Source: Planctomycetota bacterium (GTDB lineage: Bacteria > Planctomycetota > PLA2 > JAEUHO01). Taken from it: DNA of 64,000 nt. Shown here in pieces: positions 1 through 10,330 of this stretch. The stretch's first letter is position 1. Each line of letters starts with the position of its first letter. The stretch is taken from NCBI GenBank assembly GCA_965223505.1, contig CBDCWP010000044.1, positions 192,001-256,000 on the forward strand, given 5' to 3'. The translations under genes and the position numbers were made by a program. The notes under the pieces are model-generated. The model was not told the origin of the DNA and made no database searches. It saw only the letters and a program-made list of their open reading frames with translations.

Positions 1-399
1 GTCGACGTCGACGCGAACCCGTGTCGAGGCCTCGTTCCAGCGCTGCAGGAGAAACGCGGCGATCTCCTCGTGCGCGCTCTCCGGCGCGGTGACGAACATG
101 CGGTTGCCCGCCATCTCGATCGAGGCAAACTCGCTCGACGCCCAGAGCTCGGGTCGGATCTGAGCCTGGAGCCACTGCTCGAGCGCCTCCTCCGAGAGGT
201 AGCGTGAGCCCTCCCGATCCCACTCGGTGATCGCCGGTGATACCAACGGGATCGGAAGCCCGATGTGGCCGGTCGGCGGTTCGGCCGCGGGTTCGATGAT
301 CGCGCCGACCTCGTAGGTCTTCGTGACGAACGGTTCGTCCGCCGCGGCGCACGGGGCCAGTGCGGCGCCGAGCAGGAAGACGAGTGCGATGCGGGTCAT
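1..399 (-). CDS. Exported protein, possibly secretin N-domain-like; runs off the window edge
   Basis: Own translation MTRIALVFLLGAALAPCAAADEPFVTKTYEV...LWASSEFASIEMAGNRMFVTAPESAHEEIAAFL; signal peptide; open to position 1. Confidence 0.6.
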   Translation of the reverse strand, partial: MTRIALVFLLGAALAPCAAADEPFVTKTYEVGAIIEPAAEPPTGHIGLPIPLVSPAITEWDREGSRYLSEEALEQWLQAQIRPELWASSEFASIEMAGNRMFVTAPESAHEEIAAFLLQRWNEASTRVRVDVD

Positions 400-504
400 C
401 GGAACACCCCCTTGGTGGCTCTTCGTGTCGCTGATCCAAACGCCCGCCCCTGCGTTTCGCTTCGCGATTCCGTACAATCGGCGGTCCGGCAAAGGAGGTC
501 GAAA

Positions 505-1461
505 ATGTTGCGCAAACTGTCTTCACGCGTCGTTGTTTGGATGGGGATGTCGTGTCTGATCGCCGGGTTGCTTGCGGCGCCGGCGTGGGCCGACGGGAAC
601 GAGCGCGAGATCGACCAAGCGCGCAAACGCGTCCAGGAGATGCTCCGCGAGGCCGAAGAGCTCCAGGATCTCGGGAAGCACGACCGCGCACGCGAGCTCA
701 TCACCAAGGCCGAGGAGCTTCAGCAGAAGATCAACGCCGCGCTGAAGCGAGAGAAGAAGTCGAAGGATCGCGCGCAGGGCGAAAAAAGTTGGGACGGAAT
801 CCTGCGTGGGCTTCGCAACGGCGTCGAGGCCCTGGTCGCGCTGGGCAAGCACGAGGAGGCGGAGCGCCTCGAGAAGATCGCCGCCGCAGTTCGGCAGCGG
901 CTCGAACACTCCCGCAAGATGAAGAACGAAGAGAGCGAGCGTCGCGCACACGCGGAGCTGAAGGAAAGTGAGGCGGCGAACAAAGAGCGCGACATCCTGA
1001 AGCGCCGTCTCGAGATCATGGGTTTGGCGAGCAAGGCGCTGCAGGAGGCCGAGCGCAAGAACGAGCACGAGCTTCTCGAGCGCGGCATGCACGCGTACGA
1101 GCTGCGCCTGAAGGGGCGCCGGGACAAGGAAGCCCTGCACGTCTACGAGAACATGCCCGACAACGAGCAGCTCGCCGAGGTGATGATCTACGCCGGCAAG
1201 CTATGGCACGAGTTCGGCCACCCGGACAAAGGCGACCTGTGCCACGAGGTGGGCCGCAGCTTCGTCGGCAAGAAGGCGCATCGCGAGCGACGCGAGCGCG
1301 ACGGTCACCGCGAGCGCGAGGGGCGTCGCGAGCGCGAGCACGAACGGGAGCGGTCCCGGGACCTGTTGGAGCGCATCGAGCAGCTTCAGGAACGCATGGC
1401 GCACCTGGAAGACATGATCAAGAAGCTCCAGAACTCGCTGCGGGAGGTCAAGGACCGGTAG
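505..1461 (+). CDS. Exported helical/coiled-coil hypothetical protein
   Basis: AAGGAGG RBS before ATG 505; signal peptide ending AWA; E/K/R-rich; R/E/H-rich tail. Confidence 0.7.
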   Translation: MLRKLSSRVVVWMGMSCLIAGLLAAPAWADGNEREIDQARKRVQEMLREAEELQDLGKHDRARELITKAEELQQKINAALKREKKSKDRAQGEKSWDGILRGLRNGVEALVALGKHEEAERLEKIAAAVRQRLEHSRKMKNEESERRAHAELKESEAANKERDILKRRLEIMGLASKALQEAERKNEHELLERGMHAYELRLKGRRDKEALHVYENMPDNEQLAEVMIYAGKLWHEFGHPDKGDLCHEVGRSFVGKKAHRERRERDGHREREGRREREHERERSRDLLERIEQLQERMAHLEDMIKKLQNSLREVKDR

Positions 1462-1470
1462 CGGGCGGGG

Positions 1471-2568
1471 CTACTGCCTCCACGCCGCTTGCAGCGACTT
1501 GGCGGCCTCGCCCGAGGGCAGACCCTTGAAGTCGCGTGCGACGCTCGCCAACAGCTTGTCGGCGGCCTTGACGTCGCCGGCCTCGCGCGCCGCCTTGGCC
1601 TCTTCGATGCGCTTCCGGCCGATCTCGTCGAGCGCATCGAGCTGCGGCTGCGCCAGTGACTCGAGCCCCTCCTTGGTCTCGAGGGCGCGGCACTTGAGCA
1701 GCTCCTTCACCGCCGCGCCGTACTTCTCGTCTTCGATCGCCGCGCGCGCCTTGGCGAGCATCTTGTCGGCCTTGTCGCCCGCCTTGAATCGCTTCTTGTT
1801 CGCCTTCAGGTACGCGCCGAACCACTCCGCCGCGATGTCCGGGCGGCTCTGGTGCTTCATTCCGGCGATCTTCTCGAACTTGACGTTTTCGTAGCCGGCG
1901 CCTGCCAGCGCGTCGCGCGCCTGGTGCGCCTGCCCGGACTCGCCGTCGTCGCCGATGATGAGCACGTGATCGCGCTCGCCGAAGAAGATGTAGATCTGGA
2001 GCTTCTTGCGTCCGGCCGAAAGCACTCTGGCGTCCGTGGGGATCTGCTGCGGGGCGAAGTTCCCGCCTCGCGTGCAGATGTGCGTGAAGACTTCCGGATG
2101 GCCCAGGCCCGAGTGGTACGACGGATTGCCGCCGCCCGAGAAACCGGTGATCATGACCGCGCGCCTGTTGACGTTGTACGTCTCACAGATCTCTTCGTAG
2201 ATCGAGAGGAGCACCTCGTCGTCTTCCTTCCACGCGGGCAGGTTCGAGCTCGTCTCGTAGTGGTTCGTCGCCGTGACCATGTTGGGGCAGGCCACGATGA
2301 ATCCGTGGTTGTTCGCCAGCGCCTGCCAGCTTCGAATCTCCTTCTCTCCGGAGCCGCCCCGACCGTGACTCGAGATCACGAGCGGCCAGGACGACTTCTT
2401 CGAGTACTTCGAGGGGACGTAGAGCGAAAAGGCGCGGTCGTGCTTGCGCGACTTGAGACTGTGCACCTTGCCGGGCTTGCGTGCCTTCTCGGCGACGACG
2501 GTGTCCGGCAACCAGGCTACGGCGGTGACGACCAGGACGAACGCGAGGACGGGGCGGGTACGGAGCAT
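1471..2568 (-). CDS. Exported alpha/beta-hydrolase (PHB depolymerase/esterase-like) with C-terminal helical region
   Basis: YVPSKY..WPLVISSHGRGG; nucleophile elbow GFSGGG; distal His (GMKHQ); signal peptide. Confidence 0.75.
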   Translation of the reverse strand: MLRTRPVLAFVLVVTAVAWLPDTVVAEKARKPGKVHSLKSRKHDRAFSLYVPSKYSKKSSWPLVISSHGRGGSGEKEIRSWQALANNHGFIVACPNMVTATNHYETSSNLPAWKEDDEVLLSIYEEICETYNVNRRAVMITGFSGGGNPSYHSGLGHPEVFTHICTRGGNFAPQQIPTDARVLSAGRKKLQIYIFFGERDHVLIIGDDGESGQAHQARDALAGAGYENVKFEKIAGMKHQSRPDIAAEWFGAYLKANKKRFKAGDKADKMLAKARAAIEDEKYGAAVKELLKCRALETKEGLESLAQPQLDALDEIGRKRIEEAKAAREAGDVKAADKLLASVARDFKGLPSGEAAKSLQAAWRQ

Positions 2569-2629
2569 GCGGGGATTGTAACGATCCGCCGTCGTGGCGG
2601 GACCGCTCTAGCGGCGTACAATCCGCTCG

Positions 2630-4090
2630 ATGGAGATCCGGCACATCCTCGGTAGGTGCGTCTTCGCGCTGTTCGTGTCGGCGCTTCTCGTCTCCGGCGC
2701 CGCGCAGGCCAAGCCGCCCTCGAAGAAGACGAGTGCGGAGTACGAGAAGCGGAAGATCCAGCTCTTGGTCGACGCGGGCGTGCAGCACATCGAGGTCGGC
2801 AAGTGGTGCCGGAACTCGGGCATGAACCCCCAGGCGACGGCGGAGTTCCTGCGCGCCGTCGAAGTGAGCGAAGACCGGCTGCAGTGGGCGAAGAACATCG
2901 TCGCGCTCATCCAGAGGCTCGACGACAAGTTCTGGAAGTTCGAGCGCAAGCGGCCGTCGCAGGTCATGCTTCGTTCCTACGAGAAGAAGCGCCGGCGGGC
3001 GTCGCTGCACATCCAGAAATCGCGCCTGAAGCTCGCGAAGTGGTGTCAGAAGAAGGAGCTCTACGACGAGGCCTTCACCGAGTACCAGGCGGTCGTCGCG
3101 CTCAGCGACCGGTCGATCGAGCTCGACGAGAAGGGCCGGGTCGTCGTCGAAGCGGGCGCGCTCCCCGAGGACATCTCCGAGAAGCTGCGCGACGCCGCCG
3201 TCGCGATCAACGACAAGCTGTACGTGAGAGACGCCTTCCTGCAGAAGGTCCCTGACGTCAGCGCGATCTACGAGGCGGAGAACGAGCGCATGCTCGTGCG
3301 CTCGCAGAACAGCGACGAAGAGGCCGAGACGCTCTTGGCCATGTGCACCGCGCTCCTGCCGTACCTGGAAGAGGACATGGGGGGGCGGCCGGACCGGCGC
3401 CTGAACATGTTCGTCTTCAAGACGAGAGCGGACTACACGACCTACTGCGAGAAGTCGGAGTTGGCGTCGCATTCGGCCGCGGGTGGACTGGCCGACAGCA
3501 AGACCTGGCAGACGCTCGTCTGCGCCGAGGGGTTGCCCGCTGAGACCGTTCGAGGCATCGCGCTGCACGAGCTGACCCACCTGTTCCAGTACGGCGTGAC
3601 CCGCGCGATCATGCCGAGCTGGCATAGCGAGGGACTTGCCGAGACGTGGGGTGGGGAGGGCACGTTCGTCTGGGACGGCGAGACGCTCACGGCCGGCGGC
3701 ATGATGGCGGCGTCGGAGCTCGAACCCCTCAAGACCGATGCGGGCTACATCGCTCTCGACAAGCTGCTCACCAGTGACGCGCTGACGCTCATCAACGAGG
3801 ACAAGGAGAAGGCGCGGTACTTCTATGCCGAGTCGTGGGCGTTCCTGACCTACATGCGCAAGCACGCCGACGAGGAGGTGCGAGAGCGCTTTCGGGCTTG
3901 GGAAGACACGTGCTTCACGGCGGCGCTGGGCGCCGAGGCGGGCAAGCACCACAGCCGCAATTTCGGACCGGCATCCGAGCTCCTCGAGAAGACGTTCGGC
4001 AAGGCTCTCGAGCGCAAGAAGGGCGAGCCGCACAAGACGGAGCTGCAGGCGATCGAAGAGGGGTTTCGCGCCTGGCTGAGCTCGCTGTAG
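2630..4090 (+). CDS. Exported zinc metallopeptidase-like protein (DUF1570 / peptidase MA-like)
   Basis: LHELTH (HExxH) followed by PSWHSEGLAE and YAESW. Confidence 0.7.
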   Translation: MEIRHILGRCVFALFVSALLVSGAAQAKPPSKKTSAEYEKRKIQLLVDAGVQHIEVGKWCRNSGMNPQATAEFLRAVEVSEDRLQWAKNIVALIQRLDDKFWKFERKRPSQVMLRSYEKKRRRASLHIQKSRLKLAKWCQKKELYDEAFTEYQAVVALSDRSIELDEKGRVVVEAGALPEDISEKLRDAAVAINDKLYVRDAFLQKVPDVSAIYEAENERMLVRSQNSDEEAETLLAMCTALLPYLEEDMGGRPDRRLNMFVFKTRADYTTYCEKSELASHSAAGGLADSKTWQTLVCAEGLPAETVRGIALHELTHLFQYGVTRAIMPSWHSEGLAETWGGEGTFVWDGETLTAGGMMAASELEPLKTDAGYIALDKLLTSDALTLINEDKEKARYFYAESWAFLTYMRKHADEEVRERFRAWEDTCFTAALGAEAGKHHSRNFGPASELLEKTFGKALERKKGEPHKTELQAIEEGFRAWLSSL

Positions 4091-4124
4091 GTCGAAGAGC
4101 GTCTAGATCGCGAAGCGCTCGGCG

Positions 4125-4787
4125 CTATTCGGGGTATCCGATCCGGTCCACCGGGTTCACGAGCGCGGAGACGAGATTGCGCGAGTGCGCGCTGATGCGT
4201 TTCAGGAAGCGCATGTACAGCGCCATCGAGGTCGCGGTCGAAGCCGGTAGCTCGACCTCGGCTGTTACCAGCTTCTTCTCGAGCTCCCGCGTACGCTTCG
4301 AGATGTCTTCCTTGTAGTCGGTCATCAGCGCGCGCGCCTCCTCTTCGTCGCCGGTCTTGAACGCCTTGACCGCGCGCCCGAAATTCTCGAGGGCCGCCGT
4401 TTCGATCTCCTGGAGGTCCTGCTCGAGCGGACCGCACTCGAGACGCGCCGGATGGTTCAACGCCAGCTCGTAGATGTTCTTCGAGTAGTCCCCGATGCGC
4501 TCGAGGTCGATGACGATTGAGATGAGCATCAGCCCGGAGCTGAGGTCGCCGGTGTGCCCGAGCGCGAGATGCGTCATGACCTTGCGCCGCACGTCGCGCT
4601 CGAACGCGTTCAGCTTCTTGTCCATCGCGAGGATGTCGATGTCCATCGACGCGTCGTCTCTGCGACGCAAGGAGTCGACGGACGCCGTCACCATCTCGTG
4701 GCACATGTCGACCATCTCGAAGCACTCGGTCATTGCCTGGACTTGGAGATTGTCTTTCGACAGCAGCTTGAGGATTTCACCGATCAT
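4125..4787 (-). CDS. PhoU-domain protein
   Basis: MIGEILKLL start; DLERIGDYSKNI and LKRISAHSRN repeats; directly downstream of the Na/Pi cotransporter. Confidence 0.85.
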   Translation of the reverse strand: MIGEILKLLSKDNLQVQAMTECFEMVDMCHEMVTASVDSLRRRDDASMDIDILAMDKKLNAFERDVRRKVMTHLALGHTGDLSSGLMLISIVIDLERIGDYSKNIYELALNHPARLECGPLEQDLQEIETAALENFGRAVKAFKTGDEEEARALMTDYKEDISKRTRELEKKLVTAEVELPASTATSMALYMRFLKRISAHSRNLVSALVNPVDRIGYPE

Positions 4788-4794
4788 GGGACGC

Positions 4795-5916
4795 CTACTT
4801 GAAGAAGAAGATGATGAGGAACGGAAGCAGATAGAAGGTGACCACAATGTATACGAGCGGGATGAGCCGGTTCCATTGCGCCAGCCGCGCGAAGTTCTCC
4901 GCCAGCCAGATGGGAACGAACCGGATCTTCCAGACGAGAACGACGCCCAGCACGTTGAAGAACACGTGGTGGAACGCAAGCGTCACTCCGAGCATCGCCT
5001 TGGTGCGGCCGGCAGCGTCGGCGGACGCCAGCGCGGCGAGTGACGCGATCATCGCGGTAATGGTCGTGCCGATGTTGGCCCCCATGGTGAAGGGGACGAC
5101 CTGATAGATGTTGAGGATGCCGGCGCCGACCAGCGGCACCGCGATCGATGTCGTGATCGAGCTGCTCTGGACGAGGACGGTGAACAGGAAGCCGAAGCAC
5201 AGCGCACGAAGCGGCGACTTGAACAGAACCTGATCGAACAAGTTCTCGAGCTTCGTGAACATGATGCTCTTGAGAATCTTGACGAGGCAGATCAGCATCG
5301 CGAAGGTCAGCAGGATCGCGACGCCTAGATGAACGCCGCCCCCCGCGCCGATCGCTTCGATGGCGTCCTGGATCGCGTTGATCGTCGGCTTCGTGATCGT
5401 CTTGATCGGGTTGGCGAGCTTGGTGCCGCCCACGTTCTCGAAGACGCTGGTCGCATGCTGTGCGATCCAGTCCAGAACGCCCGTGAAGACCTCGAGCGGG
5501 AACAGCACCAGCAAGACGATCATGTTGAAGAAGTCGTGCACCGTGGCCGCCGTGAAGGCACGCCGGAATTCCGCCGTATGCCGGATGTGACCGAGGGAGA
5601 CGACCGTGTTGGTCACCGTCGTGCCGACGTTGGCGCCCATCACCATGTAGACGGCGGAGTGGAAGCTGATGATTCCGTTGGCGACCATGCCCACGACGAC
5701 CGACGTTGTCGTCGACGAGCTCTGCACCAAGGTGGTGGCGAAGATGCCGATGAAGAGCGAGACGAACGGGCCGGCTTCCGAGCCCAAGAGCTCCTTCGTG
5801 TAGTCCGACCCCATCGACTTGAAGGCCGCGCCCATGGAACCGATGCCCACGAGGAAGAGGTACAGAGCGCCGAACGTCATCAGCACCCGTACCGGGGTGG
5901 GGATCCGGTCAAGCAA
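4795..5916 (-). CDS. Na/Pi cotransporter (NptA/SLC34-like); start uncertain (TTG 5916 or ATG 5880)
   Basis: Two QSSS repeats (LVQSSSTTTS, LVQSSSITTS) and two GANxGTT motifs; hydrophobic. Confidence 0.9.
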   Translation of the reverse strand: MLDRIPTPVRVLMTFGALYLFLVGIGSMGAAFKSMGSDYTKELLGSEAGPFVSLFIGIFATTLVQSSSTTTSVVVGMVANGIISFHSAVYMVMGANVGTTVTNTVVSLGHIRHTAEFRRAFTAATVHDFFNMIVLLVLFPLEVFTGVLDWIAQHATSVFENVGGTKLANPIKTITKPTINAIQDAIEAIGAGGGVHLGVAILLTFAMLICLVKILKSIMFTKLENLFDQVLFKSPLRALCFGFLFTVLVQSSSITTSIAVPLVGAGILNIYQVVPFTMGANIGTTITAMIASLAALASADAAGRTKAMLGVTLAFHHVFFNVLGVVLVWKIRFVPIWLAENFARLAQWNRLIPLVYIVVTFYLLPFLIIFFFK

Positions 5917-6012
5917 CTTCGGTTGAACGGACAGCGCTGATACCCCCGGTCGGAAAGCCCTTTGCCCGGCCTTATAAACAGGGGGATCCCCGTTCGTGCG
6001 CGGAATTCCGCA

Positions 6013-6650
6013 GTGTCTCGCCGTCGTCACTTCCTGCGCAGCACCGCCGTCACCGCGCTCGCATTCGGAGGATTGGCGCGTTGGTGCGGGACCGGTTGGG
6101 CGCGCGAGTCCCCGATCGGCGAGCTGGTCGAGGCCCCGGCCGGGATCCTCGATCTTCCGCGCGGTTTCCGCTACGACGTGATCGGCGAGGTCGGGTGCCC
6201 GATGTCCGACGGGCTGCGCACCCCGGGCGCCATGGACGGCATGGCCGCGTTTCCCGGTCCCGACGGCGCGACGATCCTGGCGCGCAACCACGAGCTCGAG
6301 CTGCACCAGACGACTTGGAGCGCGTTCGGTGCGGACGGCGCCGGGCTTGGAAGCGTCGATCAGCGCCGGCTCCACGACGCGGGGCGCGGGTTTCGACCCG
6401 ATCTCGGCGGCACGACCCCGGTCGTCTACGACACGAAGAAGCGCGAGGCGCGGCGGTCGTTTCTCAGCCTCGCGGGGACGCGGCGCAACTGCGCCGGCGG
6501 TCCGACGCCTTGGGGATCGTGGCTCTCGTGTGAAGAGACCATGCAGACAGCCGACGAGATCTCGGAGCGTGACTCGCCCGACGGCTCGACGCCCTTCGTC
6601 AACATCCAGTTTCCGGGGCTGACGCTGGCGATCACCGGACCGTGGCCGCG
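6013..6650 (+). pseudogene. Internally deleted PhoX/DUF839 alkaline phosphatase
   Basis: Tat motif SRRRHFL; DGMAAF, RNHEL and NCAGGPTPWGSWLSCEE joined almost directly to the C-terminal SPDGSTPFVNIQFPGLTLAITGPW; no own stop. Confidence 0.7.
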
Positions 6651-6724
6651 CCCGTTCGAAGTAGGGGGAACTCGGCTCGGAGGACTGTGTCCAATCGTGC
6701 TGAACCCGGAGAGAGGACTGTCCC

Positions 6725-7966
6725 ATGCGCACACTCGCCGTCACCTTCGCCGTCGCCGCCCTGATCTTCGTCGGCGCGCCGCCCGACGTTCGCGCCGATG
6801 CCGAGCTTCCCGGCGCCGCCGCCGCGGCGAACACCGCGTTCGCGACGGACCTGTACGGCGAGCTCTGCAAGGCGCCCGGCAACCTCTTCTTCTCGCCGTA
6901 CTCCGTGTCCGTCGCCCTGGCCATGACCATGGAGGGCGCGCGCGGCGAAACGGCGGCCGACATGGGACGCGTTCTCCATCTCGAGCGCGCCGCCGCGGCC
7001 GGCCACAACGCGCTGGCGCAGGCGCTTCGGCCCAAGCTGGTGAGCGACTACTCGTCGGGCAAGCGCAAGAAGGTCCCCGCGTACGAGCTCAACATCGCGA
7101 ACGCGATCTGGGGCCAGCACGGCTACCCGTTCCAGCAGCCCTTCCTCACGACGCTCGAGACGCAATTCGGGGCTCCGCTTGCGCGGGCCGACTTCCGCAA
7201 CGGGGAGAAGGCGCGCGCGCGCATCAACGGATGGGTCGAGGATCGAACGCGCGACAAGATCAAGGACATCATTCCGCCGGGCGCGCTCACGCCGGACACG
7301 CGCATGGTTCTGGCGAACGCCATCTACTTCAAAGCGGCCTGGGCCCATGAGTTCTACGACCGCAACACGAAGGAAGAGCCGTTTACGACCGAGGACGGCA
7401 AGACCGTCAAGGCGCGCTTGATGCATCAGCTGAAGAACTTCCAGTACGCCGAGGACGACGACGTGCAGGTGCTCTCCATGGGCTACCGCGGCAACGACAC
7501 GTCCATGGTCGTGCTCCTGCCGAAGAAGCGCGACGGGCTGAAGCAGCTCGAGAAGAAGCTGACCCACGAGACGTTGACGACCTGGCTCGGCAAGCTGAAG
7601 GGGCAACGTGTGCGGGTCAAGTTCCCGAAGTTCGAGTACACGACGCCCATCAACCTCACGAAGACGCTGTCCGACATGGGCATGCAGCGCGCGTTCTCGC
7701 CGAAGACGGCGGACTTCACGGGCATGGCCAATGTGCCCGGCGAGCCGCTCTTCATCGGGCTGGTCCTCCACAAGGCGTTCGTGGCGGTCGACGAGGCCGG
7801 CACGGAAGCCGCGGCCGCGACCGTGGTCGCCATGCGGGCGGGATCCGCGATGCGACCGGCCGAGCCCGTCGATTTCGTCGCCGACCACCCGTTCCTGTTC
7901 CTGATCCGCCACAACCGGACGAACACCGTCCTGTTCATGGGGCGGGTGACCGATCCCACGAAGTAG
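6725..7966 (+). CDS. Exported serpin (serine protease inhibitor)
   Basis: NLFFSPYS, NAIYFKAAW, hinge EAGTEAAAAT, FVADHPFLF, LFMGRVTDP. Confidence 0.95.
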   Translation: MRTLAVTFAVAALIFVGAPPDVRADAELPGAAAAANTAFATDLYGELCKAPGNLFFSPYSVSVALAMTMEGARGETAADMGRVLHLERAAAAGHNALAQALRPKLVSDYSSGKRKKVPAYELNIANAIWGQHGYPFQQPFLTTLETQFGAPLARADFRNGEKARARINGWVEDRTRDKIKDIIPPGALTPDTRMVLANAIYFKAAWAHEFYDRNTKEEPFTTEDGKTVKARLMHQLKNFQYAEDDDVQVLSMGYRGNDTSMVVLLPKKRDGLKQLEKKLTHETLTTWLGKLKGQRVRVKFPKFEYTTPINLTKTLSDMGMQRAFSPKTADFTGMANVPGEPLFIGLVLHKAFVAVDEAGTEAAAATVVAMRAGSAMRPAEPVDFVADHPFLFLIRHNRTNTVLFMGRVTDPTK

Positions 7967-8024
7967 AGGCTTCGCCGCCGCTCGGTCGTCGCACGGGCAG
8001 GCGTGCGCTATCCTCGCTGCGCGC

Positions 8025-10325
8025 ATGCCCCGTTCGTCCCTCCTGGTCTTTGCCGCCGTCCTGACCGTGGGATGGATGTGCGTCGAGCCTGCGCCGACGC
8101 CGGCTGACGCCTCGCCCACGGCGACCCAGCAGTTCCTCGCGAAATGGTGCATCGATTGCCACGGCAGCGAGGGGGCCGAAGCCGAGCTGTACCTCGAGGG
8201 GTTCGATCCCACCGCGCGCGACCTCGACACGCTCTCGACCCTGCGCAAGGTCCGCGAACGCATCGATGCGCGGCTGATGCCCCCCGCCGAGTTCCCGCAA
8301 CCCGACGCCGAAGAGCGGCGTTCCGTTCTCGCCGGTCTGGATCGACTGATCCTCGCCGGCGCCGAGGCGCTGCCCCCCGATCCGGGCCGCGTCACCGTGC
8401 GCCGCCTCAGCCGCGTCGAGTATGCGAACACGGTCCGCGACCTCTTGTCCGTGGACTTCGAGCCCTCCGACTCCTTTCCCGCGGACGACCTCGGGTACGG
8501 CTTCGACAACATCGGCGACGTGCTGTCGCTCTCGCCGCTCCTGCTCGAGAAATACGCGGCGGCCGCCGAGCAGATCGCGCTCGAAGCCGTCCACCTCGAA
8601 CCCGAGACGCCGCCCGTCCGGCGCTTCCAAGCGGAGACGATGGAGGTGTCGAACGAAGGCGCGGGGCGCGCGCAGGGGGACGTCTTCAACCTGTGGTCGA
8701 ACGGCGAGCTCTCCCAGCTGGTCACCGTGCCGCGCGACGGCGACTACGTCCTGCGCGCGTTCGTCTACGGCGAGCAGGCCGGGCCCGAGCCGGCGCGTAT
8801 GGACTTCGTCGTCGACGGGAAGACGGTCCGTACGCTCGACGTGCCCGAGACGTACGAGAAGCCGGCGACGCCCGCCGTCGAGCTACGCCTGACCCAGGGC
8901 CGCCACACGATCGGCGTGGCGTTCGTCAACGACTACTACCGGCCCGACGATCCCGATCCGGCGCAGCGCGACCGCAACATGCACTTCGACTGGGTCGAGC
9001 TCGAGGGACCGGTCGACGAGCTCCCCGTTCCCGCGTCGCATCGACGGCTCTTCGCGAACGACCCGGGCAAGGGCACGCCGGCGCGTCGCGCGAAGCCGAT
9101 TCTCGAGGATCTGTGCAGCCGCGCCTGGCGACGCCCCGTCACCGGCGCCGAGGTCAAGCGCCTGACCAGGCTGGTGGAAGGCGCGATCGAGGACGGGAGC
9201 AGCTTCGAAGCGGGCATTCAGCTGGCGCTGCGTGCCGCGCTCGTCTCGCCTCACTTCCTCTTTCGGCTCGAACCCGGGGCCGCGACGGGCAAGAAGGGCA
9301 CCACGCGCCCCCTGCGCGACTACGCGCTGGCGACGCGGCTCTCCTACTTCCTGTGGAGCAGCATGCCGGACGACGAGCTCTTCGCGCTCGCCAAGCGGCG
9401 CAAGCTGCGCGAGCCCCCGGTGCTGGCGGCGCAGGTCGAGCGGATGTTGGCGGACCCGAAGGCGTCGTCGCTCGCGACGAACTTCGCGGTGCAGTGGCTG
9501 GAGCTTCACAATCTCGACGACGCGCAGCCCGATCCGGAGCGCTTCCCCGGCTTCGACGAGGCGCTGCGCCGCGCGATGCGGCGCGAGAGCGAGCTGTTCA
9601 TCGACGCGATCGTGCGCGAGGAGCGCGATGTCCGCGAGATCGTGGACGCGGACTTCACGTTCATGAACGGACCGTTGGCGGCGCACTACGGCTACGACAA
9701 GATCCAGGGCCCCGCGTTCCGGCGCGTGGAGCTCGAGGGCAAGCGCCGGGGCGGCGTGCTGTCGCACGCCGGCGTTCTGACGGTCACGTCGAACCCGACG
9801 CGCACGTCTCCGGTCAAGCGCGGCAAGTGGGTGCTCGAGAATCTGCTGGACGCGGGAACGCCGCCGCCGCCGCCGGGCGCCGACTCCCTCGACGAAGAGC
9901 AGGTCACGCAGAGCGCACGCTCGTTGCGCGAGCAGCTCGAGCGGCACCGGGCCAAGCCGGAGTGCGCGGTTTGCCACGACCGGATGGACGCTCTCGGATT
10001 CGCGCTCGAGAACTACGACGCGGTCGGCAAGTGGCGACACATCGACGGCGGCAAGCTGATCGACGCCTCCGGCGTGCTGCCGGGGGGGCGCGAGCTGAAC
10101 GGCGCGGCGGATCTCAAGGCGGTGCTGCGCAAGGACCGCGCGTTCTTGCGGTGCCTCACGAAGAAGCTCTTCACGTTCGCGGTCGGCCGCAACCCGACGC
10201 CCGCGGACGAGCTGGCGATCTACGCCTTGGCCGCGTCGCTGCCGCACGAACGGGTTACGATGAGGCAGATCATCCTGCGCATCGTGGAGCTCCCCGCGTT
10301 CCGCCTGCGCAAGGTGCGGGAGTAG
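8025..10325 (+). CDS. DUF1592-family (PSD/PSCyt) planctomycete cytochrome c-like protein
   Basis: CIDCH and CAVCH heme motifs; RRLSRVEYANTVRDL, LATRLSYFLWSSMPD, TSPVKRGKWV. Confidence 0.9.
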   Translation: MPRSSLLVFAAVLTVGWMCVEPAPTPADASPTATQQFLAKWCIDCHGSEGAEAELYLEGFDPTARDLDTLSTLRKVRERIDARLMPPAEFPQPDAEERRSVLAGLDRLILAGAEALPPDPGRVTVRRLSRVEYANTVRDLLSVDFEPSDSFPADDLGYGFDNIGDVLSLSPLLLEKYAAAAEQIALEAVHLEPETPPVRRFQAETMEVSNEGAGRAQGDVFNLWSNGELSQLVTVPRDGDYVLRAFVYGEQAGPEPARMDFVVDGKTVRTLDVPETYEKPATPAVELRLTQGRHTIGVAFVNDYYRPDDPDPAQRDRNMHFDWVELEGPVDELPVPASHRRLFANDPGKGTPARRAKPILEDLCSRAWRRPVTGAEVKRLTRLVEGAIEDGSSFEAGIQLALRAALVSPHFLFRLEPGAATGKKGTTRPLRDYALATRLSYFLWSSMPDDELFALAKRRKLREPPVLAAQVERMLADPKASSLATNFAVQWLELHNLDDAQPDPERFPGFDEALRRAMRRESELFIDAIVREERDVREIVDADFTFMNGPLAAHYGYDKIQGPAFRRVELEGKRRGGVLSHAGVLTVTSNPTRTSPVKRGKWVLENLLDAGTPPPPPGADSLDEEQVTQSARSLREQLERHRAKPECAVCHDRMDALGFALENYDAVGKWRHIDGGKLIDASGVLPGGRELNGAADLKAVLRKDRAFLRCLTKKLFTFAVGRNPTPADELAIYALAASLPHERVTMRQIILRIVELPAFRLRKVRE

Positions 10326-10330
10326 GGCCC

